Both the position numbers and the translations under genes were made by a program. A model generated the notes under the pieces. That model was not told where the DNA came from and did not search any database. It saw only the letters and a program-made list of their open reading frames with translations. A DNA stretch of 64,000 bases from Prorocentrum cordatum (Eukaryota): NCBI GenBank assembly GCA_963575745.1, contig CAUYUJ010000106.1:1-64000 (forward strand), written 5' to 3'. This document shows, piece by piece, positions 25,531 through 37,935 of the stretch. How positions within the stretch are numbered: the stretch's first letter is position 1; each line of letters begins with the position of its first letter.

Positions 25531-27510
25531 ATGCCCACCGCCCCGGCTGTGCCTCCCAGTGTGGGGGGCTCCGCCGGGGACTCTGCGGTGTTGACGACCT
25601 CCCAGGTGCAGGCGGTCTCCGAGTGGAGGGAATCGCTGGAAAGGTACTCCAGATTTCGTAATAAAAGGGAGGGGGTCTGGACCCTCCAAGACAAGCCATT
25701 TCAGACCTCCCCCGTGGGAGAACCCTCCAAAACATCGTCCCCAGACCCCCCAGGCCCTCCAAGACAGCCTGGAAGAGACCCCCCCCCGAAATGAGACCCC
25801 CCCCTCCCTTTATTACGAAATCTGGGGTACGGGATTGACGAAAACCCTGTCTACAAGTTCACCGAGAGTGCTTTTCGCGTGGATGGAGAACTCGAGCCCC
25901 GTGCTGCAGGAGTGCGTGTCGGTGGAGCCATGCCTGCGAGATTTAAAGGGGGGATTCTCGTTAACTCCGACGCTCGGGGCCGCACTCACATTCTCCTCGA
26001 GGGGTTGACCCGCTTTTCGGAGGAGCCGCCCTCGGAGGCGGACGTGTTGTTGGAGGAGTGGCAAGCAATGAGATCAGGCGGTACGGTACGCAGGGCGAGA
26101 GCACCCTGTCCAGGGCCACTGGAGTTGTGCATGGCTGGAAAGGCGTCGGTGGCAAGACCTTCGCCGTGGCCATCGACAGCGACGTCGACGACGTCACCAT
26201 CGAGTGGGAGGAGCACGGAGAAGTTCAGCAGCTGCGCGGTGCTTGCAACCGCGCCCGTTGTTTGCACAGATATATGTTGGCTTTGAAGCTCCCTGCGGCA
26301 GCAGAGGAGGTACTGGGATCCTGCCTTCAGGCGGCAGCCGATGCTTTCTGCTGGATTGGACTGCTTCGGGATGCCGCAGATCGCGGACGCCGACACCGTC
26401 GAGCTTTCCATCGCAATGTCCAAGATGTTCTTCGACAACAAGGTGTTCGACAAATTTGAAATCCTTGCACGAATCTTCGGTGGGCGGCAGGTGGAGACTG
26501 CCGAGTGGCCGTGCGCCGTGAGCTTAGAATTGTTAAAGCAAGTGTCTGATGCAGTTCCGGAGTCCAGTTTCGAGATCTCTATGGGGAAGTTCAGTTTCGA
26601 GCAGCCCGCGGGCGCGCCGAACCCAGTGAATGTCACCTCGAAGGATGCGTTCTTGAAGTTTTGCGAATTGCAGACGTCGATGTCGCAGGCCATGCTCACG
26701 TTCGCATACCTCCGCCAGCGTATCGTTGGGAAACTGTCCGACGGGTGTGTCCGCGAGCACATGTTGAAGATCGAGGTGGAGAACGCTGTTGCCTTCATTC
26801 GTTCTACTCTGAGCGGCACCATCGAGAAGCTCAGCAATGGCTACTACCAGTGCGTTGACGACGCGGAAGGGTTCTCCAACTTGCTCCTTCCCACGAGCTC
26901 CTGCACCGAGTGGCTGGCGCGGGTGAGGGCGTTCATGCCTCGTGTGTGCGGGGCTTTCTTGGACAGAACTGTTCGTGAGATCGGCGCCGTGGCACCTTCA
27001 GTGACCAAGTGCACGCCCGCCTACGACCACATCGTCACCAGCGATACGATTTACATGGCCCTTGCGAAGAAACAACTCGTTGGGTGGCCTTCAAGGGGTG
27101 CCCTGGGTGACAACATTGTCAAGCTGTTCGACCTGATGACAGCAGTGGCCAGGATCCACACGGAGTGGGCCTTGGGGCCGCCTGCGTTGACAGAGGATGC
27201 ACGGTACAAGGATATCCTGGATTCCGCCGACAAGGTGTTCAACAAAGGCAAACAAGCCTTGAACATCCTCAGGGCGATGGATATTATGTTCGACAACGGG
27301 GGCACGGGTAAGGGCAAGAACTCGCAGGACGAGGCCATCGACCCGGCCAAGTTCCTGGAGGCGAAACGCAGTGCATTGCCAACACATGTGGCCAAAGCGA
27401 TCGAGAAGAAGATTGAGGCCGACAAGGCTAAGGCCCCGCACAAGGCGAAGACTGCGGCAAAGACTGCAGCGAAGCCGAAGCCAGGCCCAAAAAAGGAGCA
27501 GGCAGCCTGA
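25531..27510 (+). pseudogene. Disrupted gene for a protein of unknown function (intact 389-aa 3' portion at 26341-27510)
   Basis: Protein-like, non-repetitive ORF pieces join after removing the MITE at 25647-25829 and a 5-bp duplication at ~26084; a further frame change is needed at ~26290-26345. Confidence 0.55.
25647..25827. mobile_element. 181-bp MITE, Tc1/mariner-like (TA target duplication)
   Basis: ta|ctccagatttcgtaataaaagggaggggg ... cccctccctttattacgaaatctgggg|ta; ~30-bp imperfect TIRs. Confidence 0.88.
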
Positions 27511-30500
27511 TTCCACTTTCTCATGCGGGCGACGCGCGTCGCGCGAGTAGTGATGCGGGCCCTGGCGCGCGATGTGCATTGCAGGCAACGTGGGTGTTCG
27601 CGAAGGCGGACGCATCTCAGGCAATGCATCTGGCGGGGGGGCCCGTGAGTGGCATTTTGTTATGTTAAATGTTTTCGGATGGAATTGCCCGCAGTTTATC
27701 TCCCCAGATGTGCGCGGCGAGCTTGGCACGCCCCATGCCGCGCACAACGTGGGTTCTGGGGATAGTTTGATTTTTGTAACCCGATCGCAAGTTGAAAATC
27801 GATTCCCGCGTCGGCCGATGCGTCTGCGCGATCGGGCCGTTCGCATGGGGGCGAACATTCTGAGCATTTGCGCAGATCTCGGAAGCTACTGCGGGGGGGG
27901 CCCGTGCTGCAGAGCCGTCGTTTTGCGGCTACCTGAAGAGCTTCGCCGCTTGTGCAGCCGCCCCCGTGTCCACCCCAGGGCCGAGCGTCCGATCGCGGAG
28001 TGCTTGTGTAAAGCGCCCGATCGCGCAGCATTCCAGCGTGAAATTGGCTGACTGGTCGACGGAATGGTTCACTGTTTGACTGGTTGATCGGTCTGGCTGG
28101 TTGGCTGGCTGGCTGGTTGGATGACTTGTTGATTGGTCGATTCATGGACTGTCTCATCGGTGGCGCTTCGCAGATTGGTTCTCTGGGGCCGCGGGGTGGG
28201 GGCCCAGGAGGGGGCGGCGGAAGGCGAGGGGCGCGCCGACGTGGGGGGGTCACTCAGGGGGCGACGGGCACGTCGGAGGCGACGAGGGGGGCGGGAGCGG
28301 GCCCGGCGAGAGGCAAGGGAACCGGCGAGAGGGCAGGGCGAGGACGGGGCCACCTGCACGGAGGGCGCCGTCGAGCGGCCGCCTGGGGCGGACAGATCCT
28401 GCCCCCCCCAGCAGCGCCCGCGTCCGAAGGACTAGGTGCGTGGAGGTGACCTTGCCGTCGCTCGGACGTCCACTTCCCGTGCATTTGTCGGTTTCGTGCG
28501 TGTGTTTTTTGCTCGATGGTCCAGGATGGTCCTCGATGGTCGTCGCCGAGAAAGAAGGCACACGTCCGAGCGATACCAAGTGACAGGCGCTCCCAGACGA
28601 ACGAGGACAGTGCCAGAGGGATGGGGCGAAGTGCGGCCTGCCGCAGTCTCTTCGGCATCGCGGCCCAGGAAGCGCGCCCCCTCCGCAGTTCAGAAGGTCG
28701 GGGCCCGGGGATCGCGGGCCCCGCGGAGCGGGTGACGGGTCGTGGCTCGGGGTGCGCGGGCCAGCCCCGCGAGGGCGCAGGTCCATGGGGCGTTGCGCCG
28801 CACCACAGCTCTGGTTTGGAAGCCCGAAATAGGCACGGAAAAAATGGGTACAATGCCCAACAGCAAATGTTGTCGCAAACCAGCAGCGGCCGCTGTTGGG
28901 CAGGCGGCCTTCTGTCTCGAATGGACACAGGCCGCGGCGGCGTGGACAGCGAGTCCTGTTCAAAATGAGCAAGAACTGCTGATGGGCATTGTACCCATTC
29001 TTGCCGTGCCCATTTCGGGCGTCCAGATCTGGGAGCGCAGGCCCGTTGCTTCTCACGAAGATCTCAGCCGCGGGTGCGCGCCCCCACGGTCTCTCACCGG
29101 GGGGCGTCTTTGCCTTCGGGGCGCGGGCTCTGCGCGTGCAGGGCGGCTCTGGGACGGCAAGAGGCGGGGCCACGTCTCGCGGAGGGGGGCGTCACTCTTG
29201 CTCTGCACGGGAGGGCGCGACCTGCGACCGCGTCGCTCGGGGGGTGCTGGGCCGCGTGTCTCGCCCGGGCGGCCGAGTCCCGCACGCCCCATCGAACCTC
29301 ACCATGCACAGTTGAAAGGACAACGGGGTGCAACGTTCCGACCTCCGCATCGCGGAAACGAAGCAAGCTTCGGCAGGTCGTTGCAAGAAGAGCGCCTGTC
29401 TTTGCAAGTATCCGATGTTCACCCACCCACTGACAACATGCTCAGCACCTGGCGCAATGCAGTGTCGCAGCCTGGTGCCCCCGAAGCTGGGCTCGGGGGT
29501 CGGGCCTCCTAATCAACGGTTGGTTACGGACATCTGTAGTGGCGGCCAGCCGACGACAGAGAGAGACGGAGGCACCTGCACCAGTGACAGCAGGGCAACC
29601 GAGCAAAAACATCATTCCTCCCCCTCCTCCCCCTCCTCCCCCTCTGCCTCGTCCTCTTCGCGTGACGGGAGGGGGCGGCACGGGAGCAACAAGCATGGAA
29701 GGCTTGCTCCTCCTCCTCGTCTTTCCCTCCCCCATCGTACGTCCAGGGACCGCCTGGCCAGAGCGAGCGACACGGTCATGCGGCATCGAGGGCGTGTCCC
29801 CTCATCGCCCGTGCACGCCTCTTTCGCGCCTGTCCCGGAAGCCCTCTCGCTGCACCTTGGTGCTGCTCTTTGTGCTCGTCCTTTCGCTGTTCCTTCCATC
29901 CGCCTCCTGCCCGTTGCCTTCGCTCCGTCCTCGTGCCTGGTTGCATCGATGGAGATCGCAAGGTTCACGTGACTGGCCCAGCGAATGACAGGAGCGTGGC
30001 TTGGCGCCTCCCGACAGCACAGTGAAGTCTATGCTGGCACTGTGCGCGCGCCAAACACGCGCGCACAGTGACCGCGCTGATATGAACTGCAGAACGCACA
30101 TCAATATACAGATTGCGCGCTCCAGTGAATTCTCAATGCGACGTTCACGCCTCCTCTAGAAGCAGAGGGGGAATCGTTCCCAATTCAGGAGGCCGCAGGA
30201 CGCCCAGGACAGGCCCCAGGGATCCCCAGGAGATTCCCAGGAGGCTCCCAGGAGGCCCCGGGCGGCCCCCTATCAGAACGTGTCAAGTTAATACACATCT
30301 GGTGCCGATTCGTTGATTTTTTCTGCTCTTGTGCCCCCCCCCATTTTGGGGGGCCAAGACGGCCACATGTTAGATATCCCCCCCTGGGAGCCCCAAGAGG
30401 CTTCAGGAAGCCCCAGGTGGGGTCCAGGAGGCCACAGGAAGCCCAGGAGGAAGCCCTGGGAGGTCCCCAGGAGGCCCCAGGAGGCCCTTGCAACTCGGAG

Positions 30501-30794
30501 CTCTGAGACGCCGCGCTCGAGGTGGTCCAGCCCGTTTCGCCTGAGACTTCCTCGCAGCACGTTTCGCCCGAGACATCGTCGCAACTCTGGGGTCCGAGAT
30601 GCCGCGCGCGAGGTTGTCCAGCCCGTTACGCTGGAGACATCCTCGCAACTCTGGGCTCCGAGATGCCGTTCGGGATGAAGAGGGGGTGGAGGAGGAAGAA
30701 GAGGAGGAGGAGGAGGAGGAAGAGGAGGAGGATGAGGAGGAGTGGGCTTAAAATCCCTGTTTGGGGATACTGCGCTCCGGCTAGAATTTCAGCC

Positions 30795-31976
30795 TTTCCT
30801 GACATGAACGGGAAGCGCGTGAAAGGGAAGAGCTGCGCAAGAACTTGCAGCATCATCGCGATCAAATGTAATGTAGGCGAGCTCCCCAAAAGCTCACAAG
30901 GGATACGTATGGACACGTGCCCCCCGAACGTTCACAAGCATATTCCTGAGTATGCTCCTCACTCTTCCGCGTGAGGAGGACGACGGCGAAGACGACTACC
31001 AGGGGAGGAGGGGGAGGAGGAGGAGGCGGAGGAGGAGGAGGAGCAGCAGCAGCAACACATATGGTGAACTTAAAACAAATAGGGTCGCCATCAGGCCCCA
31101 GGGGGCCCACGGGGCATGGAATCCAACCTTCCTTATCGGATTTTGGATAGCCCCGTAAACCTCACAGGACCAGGAGATGTCCAATCCAACCTTCCTTATC
31201 GGAATTTGTCTTCCTCGTAAGTTGGAGGAGGAGGAGGGGCAGGAGGAGGAAGAGGACGAGGAGGAAGAACAGGAGGAGGAGGAGGAGGCAATTTTTGGAG
31301 GATGTCTCGAGCGACACGCTATGCTTTTAATAAAACTGTTGAAAACCCATGGGTTGCTTCAATAGTTTCGCCTTCGAGGACCCGTCCGAAGGCAATGTTT
31401 GGAAGATGTCTCTAGCGAAACGCTCTGTTCTGAATAAAACCCACGGGATTTTCAATAATTTCGCTTCTTGGGCAATCTTGGAGGTCATCCGAGATCGATC
31501 CGAAAAGATGCCTTGCAAGAGCTCTTGGCGCATCCCATTTTTTCGAGGATGTCTCAGGCGAAACGCCCATGTTCGAGGATCCGAAAATTAGGCGAGCGAT
31601 TTCAAGATCTCCATGTTTGGAGGATGTCTCGGGCGAAACGCCCATGTTTAGCAACCTACGTCTTAAGATACGACCCCCAACTTCAGGATTAGGCGAGGAT
31701 GCCTCGAGCGAAACGCTCATCTTGGGAACCGTTTCCTGACATGAACAGGACGCGCGTGAAAGGGAAGAGCTGCGCAAGAACTTGCAGCATCATCGCGATC
31801 AAATGTAATGTAGGCGAGCTCCCCGAACGCTCACAAGGGATACGTGTGGACACGTGCCCCCCGAACGTTCACAAGCATATTCCTGAGTATGCTCCTCACT
31901 CTTCCGCGTGAGGAGGACGACGGCGAAGACGACTACCAGGGGAGGAGGGGGAGGAGGAGGAGGCGGAGGAGGAGGA

Positions 31977-31990
<14 letters not shown>
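30795..31990 (+). repeat. Direct duplication of ~260 bp (30795-31052 and 31732-31990)
   Basis: tttcctgacatgaac...gaagagctgcgcaagaacttgc...gaggagcagcagc occurs twice. Confidence 0.85.
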
Positions 31991-32007
<17 letters not shown>

Positions 32008-32574
32008 TGGAGGGGGCGGAGGCCGAAATGGCCGTTTCGCCTGAGACATTATCTAACAATTTGGGTGTATGAAGTGTTGTTTCAAGCTTTTTTCAAAGCG
32101 ATCTCGGATGAACTCCAAGGTGGCCGAAGAAGGCGAAATTGTTGAAAAATCAGTGGATGTTCACCTTTTTTGTTAAAACACTAGCATGTCGCTTGAGACA
32201 TCCCACAAACATTGCCCTCGGGGGGGCCCTCGATACCATCAGGTTTCCTCCTCATCCTCCTCTTTTTTTCCTTTTTGGAAGTCGCGCTGTCTTGGCCTGT
32301 TTTTTCCCCAATCAGAGCTTGCTTCTGTAGGGGTCCTAGCGGATTCATATGGTTAGGTTAGGTTTGTCGCCGATTTTCGCTGCACGCCCGGGTGCCCGGG
32401 TGCCCGGGGGTGCCCGGGGCCCGGGTGCCCGGGGGGGGCCGTGCCCGGGTGCCTGGGCGTGCCCGGGGCTGCCCGGGGGTGCCCTATTAGCCCTATAGCC
32501 CTATAGCCCAATAGCCCTATAGCCCTGCAACTCTATAGCCCTATAGCGCTATAGCCCTGACTGGGTTTTCTTTT

Positions 32575-32620
<46 letters not shown>

Positions 32621-33420
32621 ATAAGTTATCCCAGTGCGACCCTACCTAGGAGTTGGAGCATCTAGGAAAGCAACATCTACATCTACACCGACAGCTACCT
32701 TAATATCTACACCTGCATCTACATCTACATCAACACCAACAGCGAGACTCACATCTACATCTACATCAACACCTACATCTACACCTACATCTACATCTAC
32801 ATCTACATCTACACCTACATCCACATCCACATCTACACCTACATCTATGCTATGCTATGATATGCTGCGCTATGCTATGCTATGCTATGTTATGATTTGC
32901 TTTGCTGCGCTATGCGCCTTATCCTCTTCCTCCTCCTCCTCTTCCTCCCTCTCCTCGTCCTCCTCCTCCCCCTCCCTCTCCTCGTCCTCCTCCTCCTCAT
33001 CCCTCTCCTCGTCCTCGTCCTCGTCCTCCTCATCCTCCCCTTTCTCCTCCTCCTCCTCCTCTTCCTCCTCTTCCTTGAGTCTGTCTTGGGCTGTCTAGTT
33101 TTACAAGCTCCGTGGACGTCTCTATTTTTCGAGGAGTCTCTAGCGAGAACCCAATCCTCCTGGGACCCTCTTGGGACGCCCCTTGGGCGCCTCTTTGGGG
33201 CCTCTTGGGCCGCCTTGGGCGGTCTCGGGCTCTCTTGGAGCGCTCTTAGGCCGCCTTGGGGGGGAAACCCGAAACACATGCAACAACCCTATGGAAAACT
33301 GCCAAACACAGGGGGGGGACCCGAAAAACATGCAAAAACCCGAGGGGCAACTGCCCCAAACGGGGGGGGGGAACCCAACAAACATGCAAACGCCCCAGGG
33401 AAAACTGCCAAAAACGGGGA

Positions 33421-34030
33421 ACCTTTCTGGACAAGAACGGGAAGCGCCGCTTCTCTGAGCTTGCGTGCGCACGCGCAGGGCTTTGCACACAACGTGGAAT
33501 GTGTGCACATGGGGTTGGTCGTCGCTGGGCTTCCCTAAACGCCCAGATGGTTGCCATGAGTAGCTTGCGTTGAGTGGTTGCCTCTGGTTGGGTTGGTCAG
33601 ATGCTGCGCGTGGCCTGTATGCGTGTGTGCGTGCGTGTGCTTGTGTGTGCGTGTGCAGGTGCGTGTGCGGCTGTGTGCGTATGCGTGCCTGCGTCTGCGC
33701 GCGTATGCAGTATGTGTTCTGGGGGGGGCGGGACGGGGGGGTGTGCGGTGTGCGTGCCGGGTGTGTGCTGGGCGGGCGGGCGGGGGGGGAGTACGGTGGG
33801 CGTCCGTTTTAAACCGCATGGCCGTTTTAACGTGATGACGCTAACGAGGATGATGACAATGTGATGATGATGCCGACGATGATGATGATAGTGGTGATGA
33901 CGAGGATGATGATGAAGACGCTGAAGGGTATCTTGGACCGTCTTGCAGTGCTCTTGGAGATTCTGGGAGCCCTCGTGAGCCCCTCTTGGACCGTCTTGGT
34001 GATGATCATGATGATGATCATGAAAATGGC

Positions 34031-34084
<54 letters not shown>

Positions 34085-34085
34085 C

Positions 34086-34150
<65 letters not shown>

Positions 34151-36109
34151 AGGGTATCGTCTTGGAGCATTATTGGACAGTCTTGGAGCCCTCTTGAGCC
34201 CTTCTCGGACCGACTCGTTTCGCAAGCTCCCTGGATGTCACCGTTTTTCGAGGATGTCGCGAGCGAGAGACCCATTTTGAACTGAAGACGTCTCGAAGCA
34301 GCTCGTCCACTATCACATTTGTTCGAGGATGTCTCGAGCGAGAGCCTCATTTCTAAGATTTCGACGAATTCGCGAGATCCCTGGAGATCTCATTTTCTCG
34401 AGGATGTCTCGAGCGGGAGCCTCACTTTTGACGTAAAGCGTCTTAGAACAAGTCCTTCAAGATCCCACTTTTTATAAGATGTCTCGAGCCAAACGGCCGT
34501 TTTGGGGGGAACCTTTCCGGACAAGAAGGGGAAGCGCCGCTTCTCTGAGCTTGCGTGCGCACGCGCAGGGCTTTGCACACAACGTGGAATGTGTGCACAT
34601 GGGGTTGGTCGTCGCTGGGCTTCCCTAAACGCCCAGATGGTTGCCATGAGTAGCTTGCGTTGAGTGGTTGCCTCTGGTTGGGTTGGTCAGGTGCTGCGCG
34701 TGGCCTGTATGCGTGTGTGCGTGCGTGTGCTTGTGTGTGCGTGTGCAGGTGCGTGTGCGGCTGTGTGCGTATGTGTGCCTGCGTGAGAGCGTGTATGCAG
34801 TATGTGTTCTGGGGGGGGCGGGACGGGGGGGTGTGCGGTGTGCGTGCCGGGTGTGTGCTGGGCGGGCGGGCGGGGGGAGGAATACGGTGGGCGTCCGTTT
34901 TAAACCGCATGGCCGTTTTAACGTGATGACGCTAACGAGGATGATGACAATGTGATGATGATGCCGACGATGATGATGATAGTGGTGATGACGAGGATGA
35001 TGATGAAGACGCAGAAGGGTATCTTGGACCGTCTTGCAGTGCTCTTGGAGATTCTGGGAGCCCTCTTGAGCCCCTCTTGGACCGTCTTGGTGATGATCAT
35101 GATGATGATGATAATGGCATGATAATGGTGATGATGATGATGATGATGATGACGATGATGAAGATAGGGTATCTTGGACCGTCTTGGAGCATTCTTTGAC
35201 AGTCTTGGAGCCCTCTTGAGCCCTTCTCGGACCGACTCGCTTCGCAAGCTCCCTGGATGTCACCGTTCTTCGAGGATGTCGCGAGCGAGAGACCCATTTT
35301 GAACTGAAGACGTCTCGAAGCAGCTCGTCCACTATCACATTTGTTCGAGGATGTCTCGAGCGAGAGCCTCATTTCTAAGATTTCGACGAATTCGCGAGAT
35401 CCCTGGAGATCTCATTTTCTCGAGGATATCTCGAGCGGGAGCCTCACTTTAGACGTAAAGCGTCTTAGAACAAGTCCTTCAAGATCCCACTTGTTATAGG
35501 ATGTCTCGAGCGAAACGGCCGTTTTGGGGGGGAACCTTTCCGGACAAGAACGGGAAGCGCCGCTTCTCTGAGCTTGCGTGCGCACGCGCAGGGCTTTGCA
35601 CACAACGTGGAATGTGTGCACATGGGGTTGGTCGTCGCTGGGCTTCCCTAAACGCCCAGATGGTTGCCATGAGTAGCTTGCGTTGAGTGGTTGCCTCTGG
35701 TTGGGTTGGTCAGGTGCTGCGCGTGGCCTGTATGCGTGTGTGCGTGCGTGTGCTTGTGTGTGCGTGTGCAGGTGCGTGTGCGGCTGTGCGTATGTGTGCC
35801 TGCGTCTGCGCGTGTATGCAGTATGTGTTCTGGGGGGGGCGGGACGGGGGGGTGTGCGGTGTGCGTGCCGGGTGTGCTGGGCGGGCGGGCGGGGGGAGGA
35901 ATACGGTGGGCGTCCGTTTTAAACCGCATGGCCGTTTTAACGTGATGACGCTAACGAGGATGATGACAATGTGATGATGATGCCGACGATGGTGATGATA
36001 GTGGTGATGCCGAGGATGATGATGAAGACGATGAAGGGTATCTTGGACCGTCTTGCAGTGCTCTTGGAGATTCTGGGAGCCCTCGTGAGCCCCTCTTGGA
36101 CCGTCTTGG

Positions 36110-36159
<50 letters not shown>

Positions 36160-36530
36160 GTGATGATAGGGTATCTTGGACCGTAAAGGAGCATTCTTGG
36201 ACAGTCTTGGAGCCCTCTTGAGCTCTTCTCGGACCGACTCGTTTCGCAACCTCCCTGGATGTCACAGTTCTTCGAGGATGTCGCGAGCGAGAGACCCATT
36301 TTGAACTGAAGACGTCTCGAAGCAGGTCGTCCACTATCACATATGTTCGAGGATGTCTCGAGCAAGAGCCTCATTTTCAAGATTTTTCGACGAATTCGCG
36401 AGATCCCTGGAGATCTCACTTGTTTGAGGATGTCTCGAGCGGGAGCCTCACGTTTGACGTAAAGCGTCTTAAAACAAGTCCTTCAATATCCCACCTTTTA
36501 ATAGGATGTCTCGACCGAAACGGCCGTAAA
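33421..36530 (+). repeat. Three tandem copies of a ~1.0-1.1 kb unit
   Basis: Units start at 33421, 34511 and 35534 (accttt..ggacaagaa.gggaagcgccgc), each with a (gat)n tract of different length. Confidence 0.92.
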
Positions 36531-37254
36531 GGGGGGAATCCGCCATTCGACCCACCCCGCCCGACCCCCAGCCCGTGGTCCCTCGCGTCTCTGTTCTTTA
36601 TTAACTCGTAGGAAGCATGGCCTAAGAAACTCCCACCACCTTCTCGTTCCGAGAAGGCGCTTCCCGTCATCCGCCAACCAAAAAGCATTTGCGATGAGGC
36701 GGCCATGGTCCCTCGCGTCTTAGTTCTTTATTCAATCTTAGAAAGTTTGGCCTAACAAACTGCCAACACCTTCTCGTTCCGAGAAGGCGCTTCCCGTCAT
36801 CCGCCAGGTCCCCGACCACGAGGCGGCGCCGCGCGTCCCCCCCAGACCCCCCCCCCAGTTGATACTGCCTCTGGCCGAGAGATCGTCCATCGCGCGACTT
36901 GTCGAGTCTTAGCGCGCTTCCCGTCATCCGCCAGGTCCCCGACCACGCGGCGGCCCCCCGCGTTCCCCCCAGACACCCCCCAATTGATTACTGCGTCTGG
37001 CCGAGAGAACGTCCATCGCGCGGCTCTTCGAGTCTTAGCCCGCTTCCCGTCATCCGCCAGGTCCCCGACCATGAATGCCTCCCGCGCGCTCCCCCCCAGA
37101 CCCCCCCCCCCTTTGCAAACAATCCCTCTGGGCACACAGACGTCCATCGCGCGACTCTTCGAGTCTAAGCGCGCTTCCAGACATCCGCCAGGTCCTCGAT
37201 CACGAGTGCCTCTCGCGCGTTCCCCCCCCCCCCCAGACCCCCCAGTTGATAATT

Positions 37255-37935
37255 ACCCCAGTGCGACCCTACCTAAAAGTTGGAGCCCCTAGGAAAGCAG
37301 CATTAGTTGCTATGCTATGCTATGCTATGCCATGCTATGCTGCGCTATGCTATGCTATGATATGCGATGATATGCTATGCTATGCTATGATGCGCCATGC
37401 TATGATATGATAGGCTATGCTAAGCTATGCTATGCCATGTTGCGCTGTGCTATGCTAAGCTATGATATGCTATGCTATACTAAGCTGCGCTCTGATATGA
37501 TATGCAATGATGTGATGTGCTATGCTATGCTATGCTGCGCTATGCTATGCTATGCTATGCTATGTTGCGCTATGTTATGCCATGCTGTGCTGCGCGGTGC
37601 TATGCTGTCCTGTGCTGTGCTGTGGTATGCTATGCTATGCTGTGCTATGCTGGGCTTTGGTATGCTATGCTGTGCTATGCTATGCTAAAGCTCGGCGAAG
37701 CTACGATGAAGGTAAGCTAAGCTAAGATAAACCTGAGCTAAGATGAAGCTAAGCTAAGCTAAGATGAAATAAGCTAAGCTAAGATGAGATAAGCAACGCT
37801 AAGCTAAAGAAAGGTAACTGGGGGAACCGCGGGGCGGATACTGGGGGAACCGCCCGGGGCGGGCCCCACTGCCCGGCCCTTTAAGCTTACCGGATAAGAA
37901 CCATTCTAGGCAGAGCTTAGGTAGGGAAAAAGATT
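37255..37935 (+). mobile_element. ~680-bp ATT-bounded non-autonomous element with internal (tatgc)n/(taagc)n
   Basis: ATT at 37252-37254 and 37933-37935; the same 5' end cccagtgcgaccctaccta..agttggagc recurs at ~32630. Confidence 0.65.

Noticed and set aside
32385..32560. Telomere-like repeats (gggtgccc, tatagccc)
   Set aside because: Not TTTAGGG-type; short internal microsatellites.
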